A stretch of 18,422 bases of DNA from an uncultured delta proteobacterium (GTDB lineage Bacteria; Desulfobacterota; RBG-13-43-22): assembly GCA_963802945.1 (NCBI GenBank), contig CAWDKY010000057.1, positions 1-18,422 on the forward strand, read 5' to 3'. Positions 9,440 to 17,855 of this stretch are shown in pieces. Position numbers and translations under genes: made by a program. The notes under the pieces were generated by a model. The model saw only the letters and a program-made list of their open reading frames with translations. It searched no databases and had not been told where the DNA came from. Numbering within the stretch: the first letter of the stretch is position 1; every line of letters starts with the position of its first letter.

Positions 9440-9751
9440 AATTTTTATTCCCAGCCATTGTCGGAGACATCATTTTGTTCGTGCTATCTTTTTTAGGGCT
9501 TACCGGGCACCTGCCAAAAGTAACCCAGGGACTTGTGTCAGGTTTTGGTAACATTGTCCAGAAGGTAACTGAGAGATTTACAAAGGCAGCAATAAATTAA
9601 TGGCCATTAAGGTCCGGCAACGCTTTTACTGAATATGTCAGAGGAACCCTACGATATTCTGAGAGAAAGGAAGAATGGATTTTCATTTGGCGAAGGGGTT
9701 TGATTGAAATTATCGAATGACGGCCAGAGTTTTTTTCGAGACAAATTACTT

Positions 9752-9760
9752 TGATATACT
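9752..9760 (+). promoter_or_regulatory. Extended -10 promoter candidate
   Basis: TG-A-TATACT lies about 33 bp upstream of ATG 9793. Confidence 0.35.
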
Positions 9761-9792
9761 TAAAGATAAAGATGGACGAAAGGAGAATGCTC

Positions 9793-10127
9793 ATGAAAAC
9801 AACTTTTAAAAAGAGGCTTTTTATCCTGGTGTTAGTGGTCATGACGGCGATTACTTTTCTTTCCTTGAAATCGCAAGCGCAGGCTGGTTCTCCGGCGATG
9901 TATAGTTGTCAGGTCATCGCTGCCGTACGGGTAGTCGTACGGGCCAGATCTGTCTGACCGATGGGGGTGGGGCCTTTACTGGTAAATGGATGCAAACGGG
10001 AGCTGGCCTATTCAATCAACAATTAGCCATCGCCTTGACGGCCATCAGTACCGGCAAGTCGGTAATGGCTTATTTGGATGATACATTGACTCCCCCGATC
10101 ATCATCAAACTATTTCTAGTAAATTAA
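9793..10127 (+). CDS. Small exported protein (about 111 aa) with one frameshift at about 9925
   Basis: AAGGAG precedes ATG 9793 and the signal peptide ends SQAQA|G. Joined ORFs give GSPAMYSCQVIAA(G)TGSRTGQICLTDGGGAFTGKWMQTGAGLFNQQLAIALTAISTGKSVMAYLDDTLTPPIIIKLFLVN. Confidence 0.7.
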
Positions 10128-10131
10128 AAGG

Positions 10132-10167
10132 GCCAAGAATTCCGATATATTTAATTCTTGGCATTTT
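10132..10167 (+). terminator. Hairpin after the small exported protein gene, possible terminator
   Basis: GCCAAGAATT-N11-AATTCTTGGC is followed by ATTTT and starts 4 nt after the stop codon. Confidence 0.45.
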
Positions 10168-10619
10168 CAAAAGATATGGATACCGGCCAGGGCCTGCCCA
10201 TTTTGGATCCGCACGGGGACCTGGCCGAGAAGATCTTAAGTTTTGTTCTGCCCGCCGAATCAATGACCTGATTCCCTCCCCGAGAGGATTGAGAGGGAAA
10301 AATTAAAATGGGTTAAGGAGGGATTATAAGATACACCGAGCATTCAGATGACGAGTACTATACTCCTCAAACTTCGATGATCGGGAAAAGACAAGATTTC
10401 AATCCGTAATCGTTAATTTCCGAGATGATCTTTTTTAATAGTTGTAGGTGAAATCTCAAACATCATCCTGGCTGAAACAACCCGATCCTCCGTTTTCAGC
10501 CCAGCTATTACCCCTGCCTTATTTATTCCTTTGCAAAATTTCAGCCGGTATATTTTTCCTAATTCGATCAGTCCCAAGAGAGAGGGATATAATTTATAAG
10601 GGAGGAGGAAAAAAAACAG

Positions 10620-10649
10620 TTGACCTTAGAACGCAGGAAGAAGTATAAA
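10620..10649 (+). promoter_or_regulatory. Sigma70-type promoter candidate for the outer-membrane protein gene
   Basis: TTGACC-18 nt-TATAAA. Confidence 0.35.
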
Positions 10650-10825
10650 TTGTAAGGCAAGAATATTAACCAAAACAATGACCCAGGCCAAGAACAAAGC
10701 GCAAACTCATATCAGGTGAATTTGTCTCAAAAGGTCTAAAGATATACACGTCAACCTTCATAGACCCTTATGACAAGCATTAGATCGTTTTTATCAATTT
10801 TCCACAAAAGAAGGATCGATTTAGA

Positions 10826-11590
10826 ATGAGCAAAAAGCATACCTGGCTTTTGACAATCGTATTTTTAGGTTGGCTTTTAATGGATTTTCCTCAAGTTGTC
10901 CAAGCAGTGGGCTTTGAAGCGGCCTTTGGGGTCTGGTACGCCGAACCAGGGGGAGGGATAGGCTATGAAGGGGATTCCCTAGATCTGAAAAATGATTTGA
11001 ATTACTCCTCGGAAGTAAAATTTTTTGGAAGGGCTAAAGTTGAATTGCCACGTTTACTCCCCAATATTTACTTAATGGCTACTCCTCTTAGCTACGATGG
11101 CACTGCTGCAAAAAATACTTCCTTCACCTTTGGTAATCAAACCTTTGTTGCTGGCACCTCTTTTACTTCCAACGTCAAACTGGACCACTATGATTTGGCA
11201 CTCTACTATGGGGTCCCCTTTATTAAGTCGGCCACCCAGGGGATGTTAAATGTAGATTTAGGATTCAACATGAGGGTTTTTGATGTCCAGGCCAAGGTTA
11301 CTCAGGGGGGCAATATGCAATCCGAGAGTTTTTATATGCCGGTACCCATGATTTACCTCGGCATCCAGGTCAGGCCTGTTCAATCCCTTTCTCTGGAGGG
11401 AGAAATCCGCGGTATTGCCTATAATGGCAATCAGTTTTATAACCTCATCGGAAGAATAAAATATAACTTCTTTAGCTTTGCCTTTGTGAGTGCCGGATAC
11501 CGCTATGAGGAAGTCGTTTTTGATACGCTTGATATCAAGTCTGATGTTCGATTCAGCGGACCCTTGTTGGAATTAGGCCTTCAGTTCTAA
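10826..11590 (+). CDS. Outer-membrane beta-barrel protein, TIGR04219-like
   Basis: A signal peptide ends VQA and amphipathic strands follow. Motifs ELPRLLPNIYL, DHYDLALYY, VDLG and PVPMIY resemble this family. The C-terminal BAM-type signal is GPLLELGLQF. Confidence 0.75.
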   Translation: MSKKHTWLLTIVFLGWLLMDFPQVVQAVGFEAAFGVWYAEPGGGIGYEGDSLDLKNDLNYSSEVKFFGRAKVELPRLLPNIYLMATPLSYDGTAAKNTSFTFGNQTFVAGTSFTSNVKLDHYDLALYYGVPFIKSATQGMLNVDLGFNMRVFDVQAKVTQGGNMQSESFYMPVPMIYLGIQVRPVQSLSLEGEIRGIAYNGNQFYNLIGRIKYNFFSFAFVSAGYRYEEVVFDTLDIKSDVRFSGPLLELGLQF

Positions 11591-11962
11591 TGGTGGTTGA
11601 AAAGTCTTTTCCGCCTAACTATAATCTGCTTCGCTTACTACCTTACGAATACGGCCGAAAAGAAGAAAAGCCGTGCAGGACGGTGAATTAAATCGTTACG
11701 CAAGCATTCAATCCGTAACCATTGCCCTTCAGTCCAGTTCCCAAACAAGATTTGTAGGTGTAAGCCGCGAAAAAAGTTTAAAACTGTCCGTCAACATAAC
11801 TACTGGTCAGAACAAATATTCACCTCTTGAATCTTTCCTTTATCGCCAGAGCGGATTGCTTACTTATCCGTTATCGGCTATGAACTTTTCTCGTCCATCG
11901 TCACCTGGCCGTGACCATTTTTAACGCCCATCAATCGCTGCTTTTCAAAAATTTGAGGGTCG

Positions 11963-12689
11963 TTATTCATCAGGCATGGGGGGTGGTATTCCCGGCCCGG
12001 CAGGCGGGAAATCCCGTGCATCGGTCCGGGAGGCAGAGGCATACGGCCAGGCCCAGGTCTTTGCCCGGGAACGGGAACTGACGGTCCAGTCCTTGTCGGC
12101 TGGGGAAAGACAGGAGTAGGAGCCGGTGCAGCGGGCCCGGAACGGACGGTCTGCGCACCGAGGTTGTTTCCCTGGCCTTGGCTGAACCTGGTTCTTGCAA
12201 AAGAACCTGAAGGATTTCATCTCCCCGGGTCATCACTATCTTGTCGGTCATGATCTCCTTCAACTTGAAACCGCTTAATGACTCTCCAAGCATTAATGCG
12301 GTTTGTCTCTTCCCCCTGCCGGGGGTTGAGACCGGGGCCTTTTTGTCTTCCAAATAAGCCACTTTCAAATCGGGGCTTATTAAGGTTCCGAAGAGGACAA
12401 ATTCAGGTTTGGGAAGGAGGTCCTCCGCTTTTTGTTCAGGCGGGATAATGCGTTCCGGATGAAAAAGATTTTGGTCGGCAATAACCCTATATTCCTGGGG
12501 TGAGGGCGATTGGGTTTTCAAGGATTCGTTGGGGTTCTTCTCAACCGGCTTCTTTTTAATCAGGGTAGGGACATAAACAACATCCGAATCCAGCCGGGGA
12601 AGAAGGAAACCAAAAAGAAAAACAAAAAAAACGATGATCAGGATACAGTTCAATACATTAAAATTTTTTAGGACCCGAATCAGCTCCAT
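11963..12689 (-). CDS. gspC: T2SS GspC-like protein (TM plus HR domain, no PDZ) with a frameshifted Pro-rich tail
   Basis: GGAGG precedes ATG 12689 just after the gspM stop. An N-terminal TM is followed by IADQNLFHPER and FVLFGTLIS..VAYL..LGESLSGFKLKEIMTDKIVM. Rejoined frames end GIPPPMPDE with TAA at 11963. Confidence 0.65.
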
Positions 12690-12690
12690 T

Positions 12691-13335
12691 TTATTTGCCT
12701 CCATACAAGGCGGAGACATCCAGTTTGACCATGAGTTCCCTCGGCTCCCTGAAATTTTTGATCCGGCAATCCAGGTCTTTGATCACCAGATAAGGAGTCC
12801 TGGTCTCGACAAAAAAAACAATGTCCCTTAAAGCCCCCGTGTCGGGGGCTGAAAAATCAAAGTTCGCGCTGATGACCTTAAATCGTTTTTTATTTTCGTA
12901 TTTTTCTTTTTTGACTTTGAAATCCTTTCCCGTTTTTGGTCCTTTGGATTCCTCTTTTTTTGGCCCGGAAGGCCCGGAGACGATTTCTTCCTCCTTCCCT
13001 ATTCTTTCACTGGATATAACGCCGCCCCTGCTGGTAATGATGCCCTTGACCATCTCCTGAAGAGCGGCCGCGGCTAAAGAGAAGGTCTCTCCTTCCATCA
13101 GTTTTACCGTTTCGGCCTTTCTTTGCTCTTTAATGGTGATGAGCCTTTTTTCCAGATCGGGTTTCTCGGCAATGATGGCCAGGTATTTTTGAAGAGTTTT
13201 GGCCTTACCTTCCTGCTCCTCACGAATCAGGTTCAACTCTTCTTTAATCCGAAGGAAGCCGTATTGATAAATGACCAGTCCCGCCAGGATCACCAAAACA
13301 GGAATGGCCCAGATAAAAACTCTATTTTTTTTCAT
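12691..13335 (-). CDS. gspM: T2SS GspM-like (PilO-like) inner-membrane protein
   Basis: It has an N-terminal TM, a coiled coil, AAAALQEMVKGII and a ferredoxin-like C-terminus (LRDIVFFVETRTPYLVIKDLD). It follows the GspL-like gene. Confidence 0.75.
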   Translation of the reverse strand: MKKNRVFIWAIPVLVILAGLVIYQYGFLRIKEELNLIREEQEGKAKTLQKYLAIIAEKPDLEKRLITIKEQRKAETVKLMEGETFSLAAAALQEMVKGIITSRGGVISSERIGKEEEIVSGPSGPKKEESKGPKTGKDFKVKKEKYENKKRFKVISANFDFSAPDTGALRDIVFFVETRTPYLVIKDLDCRIKNFREPRELMVKLDVSALYGGK

Positions 13336-14834
13336 CAGACGAACCTTTAATTTCCATTTTGATCTGAAAACGATCCATATTTTGTCTCTGGTCTCTAAAG
13401 GTTGGGGCGGAAAACTCCACCTTCTGAAAGAGCTTCGATCCCTCCAGCTTTGGAATCAGTATGGTGGCCGAAGGGGAATAGCCTTCTAAATTAATTTGGG
13501 ATTCCGAAATTCTAAGCCTGGTCAGCCATGAATTCTTGGGCAGCAGCAAGGTGAGTTCCTTCATTATATTCAAATCCAGAGGTTTTGATTGTTTAAAGTC
13601 TTGGATAAGGTTAATCTCAGCATAAACCGTTTCGATGTCTTTTTTAAGGCTGTCGATTTTTTTTATTTCCACTTTTTTTGAAGCAATCTGGTTTTCTATG
13701 TTTTGAAGTTTTTTCTTTTCTATTTCGATCGGAGTGAACCAATAAATCCCCACTAAAATACCCAAAGCCAAAATCAATAAAGCCGTGATCACCCAAAGAG
13801 GCTTGGACTTTCTGTGAATCCCCTTAAACAGTAAATTAAGTCCCAGCGACTTGTTCCATAAGGATTCCAGCATCCCACCGACAGCGGCATAAGGAATCGG
13901 CTTTCCCCGCCATTCCCTTGGTCCAAGGTGCATCTCCGATTCATCTAAAAATTGAAAAGGTCGTTCTATGTGGATAGGGATCAATTTTTTCAGAGATGGA
14001 TTTTTATCTTTCAGAAAGAAAATAATTTCTTCCCATAAATTTATTTCCTTTGAAGCCGATTTTAATAATTCAATTTCCTGACGGATCAGTCCTGCTTTTC
14101 TCTTCTCATCCGCCTCCGGAAAAGTTCCGGAAAAGACCTTCAGATCGACATCAGGCGAAAAAAATACCCCCTGGTATTGATTTTCATCTATTCCAACGAA
14201 AAGGACCTGATCTGATCTTTGAATATACCGGCACAGGGTGTTCAATCCCAACAGATTGATTGTAATTTGATCGACCTTGAATCCTTTTTCCTGAATGGCT
14301 TTCAGATAAGGGTCTAACAAGTCGGCCCTGACCGCAGCCACTATAAGAATAACCTTCCCCTCTTCTTCTTTGAGGTACCTAAAGTCATAGTAGGCACTTT
14401 CGGGAGTGAAGGGGGTTATCCGATCCAGTTCAAAGGCGACAACATTGGAAATGTTTTCCAATACACTGGCGGGATATTCTACTGTCTTAACGACCGCCCA
14501 GGCCTTGGGAAGGCTCAAAGTCAAACGGCAGCCTTTCCGCCCCCAGTTCGGCCCTGGCTAAATTGAGGCTGGAGGTCAAAAACTCCGGTGAAGGATAGTC
14601 TGCTTCGGGAAAAGGATATTCTTTCCATTCTTTCATTGTTATTCTGGAAAGAAAGCGGGAACCGAAGGCAACGGATACTCTCCCTTTTTCAATAGACAGG
14701 CAAAGGATTTTTTTAAAGGAAATCCTGTCGTCCGCCGGACTTAAAAACAATAGCCGGCCAAGACCTGCTCCCATTTTCTTCCCGACCGAACGGAGGGAAC
14801 TGACTGTCCCGTTTTTATTTTTTAGCAATCTCAT
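13322..14834 (-). CDS. gspL: T2SS GspL-like protein (actin-like PilM domain, TM, PilN-like domain), frameshifted at about 14525
   Basis: It has an ATGA overlap with the gspK stop. Motifs are LSLPKAWAVVKTVEYP..FELDRITPF..YYDF, LNLL followed by a TM helix, and ELTLLLPKNSWLTRL..LEGYS..LEGSKLFQKVEF. Confidence 0.8.
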
Positions 14835-15793
14835 CCCTGTTTCATAGTGACTGGCGTCTTATAATAAAGTATATTATATTGGCTCTTGTCGTCCAAGAGC
14901 TTAACTGTTGCCCGCACCGCACAGCCGGATTGGGGTTTATCTTTGAATCCCGATGATTCAATCGTATAGCTATTGTTCGATACCGTCTGAATTGGTATAA
15001 GTTGAATCAGATTTTGACCTATTATTCCCTGGATCTCCGAGATACTTTTAATCTCCTGATCCTGACGATAGCTGATGATCTGATCGGCTTTTCCCGAATC
15101 TATTGTAGGACTGACGGCCATTAGGACTTCCTTAGAGGCGGAATTAATATTGATGGACCCAGCGGTGTCACAGACGGTCAGAAAATCGATTAAACCCTTT
15201 TTCCCCCCGTTTCCATAAAGGAGTTCCCGGGTCACCCCTTTGACCAATAAGAGTTCCTCCAAAGTATCAAAATCGGCATTTTTGGCTTTATAGGGATTGG
15301 GCAGCGAAAGGTAGTAGTCGGATTTGGCCCCATTCAGACGCTGCAAATCACCCTTTTCCCTCCAATCCATTATGGAGTCCGCAACAGTATCTATGTCTAT
15401 TCCTTCAATACCCATGATTTCGATAAGCTTCCTGAGGACTATCTCCGGGGCCGAATTAATATTTATTTTACCTGATTCATCGGTTATCTTGAGGACATAG
15501 TTTCCATCCCCCAACTGACCGGAATAAGGGCGGCCATCCACTTTCCATATCTCCCCGCCTTCAACCAGGCCCTTAATCACGAGAGGCTGCATCTTTCGTC
15601 TGTAAAAAAGCTCATAAACCCCTCGTTCGATCCCCGCTTCGGCCAGGAATCTTTTTCCCATCTCCTCCTTGAAGGATAAGGTGGAAAGGGTCTCGGTCCG
15701 GGCCATATAGGAAAATGAAAAAACGATGACCATCAGGACCGTCAAAACCCATAAAACGGTCAGCAGGGCAATACCTTTTTGATTCTGACTCAT
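14831..15793 (-). CDS. gspK: T2SS minor pseudopilin GspK
   Basis: It has KG|IALLTVLWVL (no Glu+5, typical of GspK), ITDESGKININ, DSIMDWR, FDTLEELLLVKGV and ININSASKEVL. Confidence 0.92.
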   Translation of the reverse strand: MSQNQKGIALLTVLWVLTVLMVIVFSFSYMARTETLSTLSFKEEMGKRFLAEAGIERGVYELFYRRKMQPLVIKGLVEGGEIWKVDGRPYSGQLGDGNYVLKITDESGKININSAPEIVLRKLIEIMGIEGIDIDTVADSIMDWREKGDLQRLNGAKSDYYLSLPNPYKAKNADFDTLEELLLVKGVTRELLYGNGGKKGLIDFLTVCDTAGSININSASKEVLMAVSPTIDSGKADQIISYRQDQEIKSISEIQGIIGQNLIQLIPIQTVSNNSYTIESSGFKDKPQSGCAVRATVKLLDDKSQYNILYYKTPVTMKQG

Positions 15794-15814
15794 TTTTCCC
15801 CTGAAATAAATTTC

Positions 15815-15865
15815 CCGTTATCCGTTATTCGACCTTCAACCTTCGATATTCAATATTCGATATTC
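15815..15865. repeat. Heptamer tandem array (7 units) just upstream of gspK
   Basis: CCGTTAT CCGTTAT TCGACCT TCAACCT TCGATAT TCAATAT TCGATAT TC. Confidence 0.8.
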
Positions 15866-15874
15866 TTTCTCTAA

Positions 15875-16038
15875 CAGGTTGCTGAAAAAGGCCCATCAAT
15901 CCCGCCAACGGCGGGATTGCCCTCATCCCTCGTCATTGCGGCGTATTTCTATATACGACTCATTCCTCGGGATTTCGGGACGCCTTGTATCTGACCCTTT
16001 TTGAGCAACCTGTGAAAAATGAGTTTTTCCGCAAACTG
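15875..16038. mobile_element. 164-bp MITE with 15-bp terminal inverted repeats and a CTAA target duplication
   Basis: CTAA|CAGGTTGCTGAAAAA ... TTTTTCCGCAAACTG|CTAA, with TIRs matching at 13/15. No transposase is encoded. A YTAR-type 4-bp duplication is typical of IS5-group elements. Confidence 0.75.
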
Positions 16039-16053
16039 CTAATCGATTCGTAC

Positions 16054-16700
16054 TTATAACGGCTTCTGCACAGCCTGGCTTCCCGATAATCCACCGCCGG
16101 TTCTCATGGAAAGGATCATAGAAAGGTCCTTCATGTCTTTGATCAGGTGAAGCCGGATCTTATTCGGCAGAAAAGCGGTCTCGGTCCATTCATCAATCCA
16201 TTTCCCTTCTGCTCCAGTCGGATCCTATAAAAATATTCGAAATACATCTCGTCAAAAAATTCCAAGAGTTTTATCTCTTTTTTGTTTTCCTGTCCTACCC
16301 CATTTTCTGAGGCCCAAAGCGTGCGTTTCCCTTGCTCTTCTTCAACTACCCGGTAGGAGACAACCACATACCCCGTCTCCCCTCCCCAAATGGAATGATT
16401 GGTAGAAAACTCGAGAAGCTCAGGCTGTCCTTTAAAATAATATTTTTTCTCTCCGTTTTCTTCGTGTTTCAGAGGGAGTTCCGATTGTATTTGGGCGTCA
16501 ATCAAATTTACAGAGGTCCTTACCCGTTCCAGGGATTCTATCTTTTTTTCCCCGGCTTCGACGGAACGAAACCCCAGTCTCAAAACGGCCACCAGGATGG
16601 AAACCATAATCCCGACAATGGCGATGGAGATCATGAGTTCCAGCAGGGTGAAGCCAAGGTTATTCCTGTTACCTCTTTTTTCAGTTATGAATGAATTCAC
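16054..16700 (-). CDS. gspJ: T2SS minor pseudopilin GspJ, frameshifted at about 16227
   Basis: The prepilin motif is LG|FTLLELMISIAIVGI. The rejoined C-terminus is (K)DPTGAEGKWIDEW..LPNKIRLHL..QKPL with TAA at 16054. The start is GTG 16700 behind GAGGA; alternatives are TTG 16736 and ATG 16740. Confidence 0.85.
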
Positions 16701-16724
16701 TTGAATCCTCGACTCCTGGAACCC
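16698..16724. repeat. Octamer array (3 units) at the gspI/gspJ junction
   Basis: CAC TTGAATCC TCGACTCC TGGAACCC. Confidence 0.75.
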
Positions 16725-16736
16725 CCTGGTTTGCAA

Positions 16737-17128
16737 TCATACCGGCTTTTTAAGCATCTTCAAGGTCTTCAGAGTCAAAGACTTTTCCTTGTTCCCCTGA
16801 GTCCAATAAACCTTGACTTCTATTTCCATCAGTTTCACTGAGAGGTTTTCCGACCTCTCCGGCAAGGTATCCGAAACAGAAACCTGAAATCGATATCCGT
16901 TATCCGTAATCCCGTCCCAAGTCCTTTCGGAAACTTCTTGGTCTTCCAGAACCTCTCTCATCTTGGTTTGGGCCTCCAAAGAACCGGCCACTAATCTTCC
17001 GAAGCTGAAATGGACCTCAGGTTGGCTGAAAAAAGCTGTAAAACCACGACGACGCCCACTCCCAGCAGGGCCAGGGCAACCAAAACCTCCAGCAGGGTAA
17101 AACCGGCCGTTTTATTCAGGGGCTTCAA
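16737..17128 (-). CDS. gspI: T2SS minor pseudopilin GspI, with a 1-bp frameshift at about 16992
   Basis: TTG 17128 behind AGAAGG gives MKPLNKTAG|FTLLEVLVALALLGVGVVVVLQLFSANLRSISASED. This joins the 16737-16991 ORF (VAGSLEAQTKM..IEVKVYW..LTLKTLK). Confidence 0.85.
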
Positions 17129-17140
17129 TTCAGCCTTCTT

Positions 17141-17180
17141 TCGATATTCCTTGTTCGCAATCCGATGTTCCCTGTTCGAT
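17141..17180. repeat. Degenerate heptamer array just upstream of gspI
   Basis: TCGATAT TCCTTGT TCGCAAT CCGATGT TCCCTGT TCGAT, with the same period and TCGATAT unit as 15815-15865. Confidence 0.65.
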
Positions 17181-17309
17181 GACTTCGTAAAAAGACGTCA
17201 TTCCCGCGCATGCGGGAATCCAGGCCCTGCTTAACCAAGTAAAAACACTGGATTCCCGTTTTCACGGGAATGACGAAAATGGGTTTCGTCGACTTTTTGC
17301 GGGTTCATC
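17178..17309. mobile_element. 132-bp MITE-like element carrying an inverted pair of ATTCCC-N8-GGGAAT palindromes
   Basis: The ends GATGACTTCGTAAAAAGAC and GACTTTTTGCGGGTTCATC (reverse complement GATGAACCCGCAAAAAGTC) match at 14/19. Inside are GTCATTCCCGCGCATGCGGGAATCCAG (17197-17223) and CTGGATTCCCGTTTTCACGGGAATGAC (17248-17274). Confidence 0.7.
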
Positions 17310-17336
17310 CTTTGCTTCTGTTTGTCTGAATAGGCT

Positions 17337-17855
17337 TCACTGGGTAACTACTGCCCCAAGTAAAGGATCCAGCCCGATCCCTATAGCCTTTTTTTTATCG
17401 GACAATTGAAATTGGACGCTTTCCATACTCCAATTTGGTTCAAAAACCAGTCGATATTGCCCACTCCGAATCTCTTCCCCTGTTGAATCTACTATTTTGA
17501 GTTCCAAATGGGAAGGGATTTTCTTGACCGGCTGCCCTTCTATTCCATACTCTTTGGAGTCCAGATCAACAGACCATCCCTGTGGTTCTCCATGAATTTT
17601 GGCCAAATTACGGGCCTGTCTTAATGTGGCTGAAAATTCCCTGGCCGTTGCCTGGAGCTTGGCCGAAGACAAAAGGTTGGCAAAAGAGACCGTCACCAAT
17701 CCCAGGATCAGCAGGCTTAACATCAAGACAATGATCAATTCCAGCAGGGTAAATCCCGACTCGTTTTTAAAATATGGGGAAGGGTTCGAGGATTCGAGGA
17801 TTCGAGGATTCGAGTTTTTAAAAATTAAACTCCAGATCGAATTTAACCTTTTCAC
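17337..17855 (-). CDS. gspH: T2SS minor pseudopilin GspH (FimT-like)
   Basis: It has SG|FTLLELIIVLMLSLLILGL and LQATAREFSATLRQARNLA, and sits between gspF and gspI. Confidence 0.85.
   Translation of the reverse strand: MKRLNSIWSLIFKNSNPRILESSNPSPYFKNESGFTLLELIIVLMLSLLILGLVTVSFANLLSSAKLQATAREFSATLRQARNLAKIHGEPQGWSVDLDSKEYGIEGQPVKKIPSHLELKIVDSTGEEIRSGQYRLVFEPNWSMESVQFQLSDKKKAIGIGLDPLLGAVVTQ

Noticed and set aside
10688-10780. c-di-GMP-I riboswitch upstream of the barrel gene (GCAAAC, GGTCTAA, ATGAC)
   Set aside because: The GNRA-capped stem and the GACGCAAAG core are missing. Only an imperfect hairpin (GGTCTA/TAGACC) is present.
11613-11876. Possible integron attC sites (GCCTAAC..GTTACGC at 11613-11701 and ACATAAC..GTTATCG at 11793-11876)
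   Set aside because: The R-box-like ends roughly pair, but the inner L boxes are not complementary, and no cassette ORFs or integrase are present.
10448-11924. Short ORFs 10448-10648 and 11673-11924, and the many antisense ORFs inside gsp genes
   Set aside because: They have no clear RBS or motif support, and the antisense ORFs are shadows of real genes.
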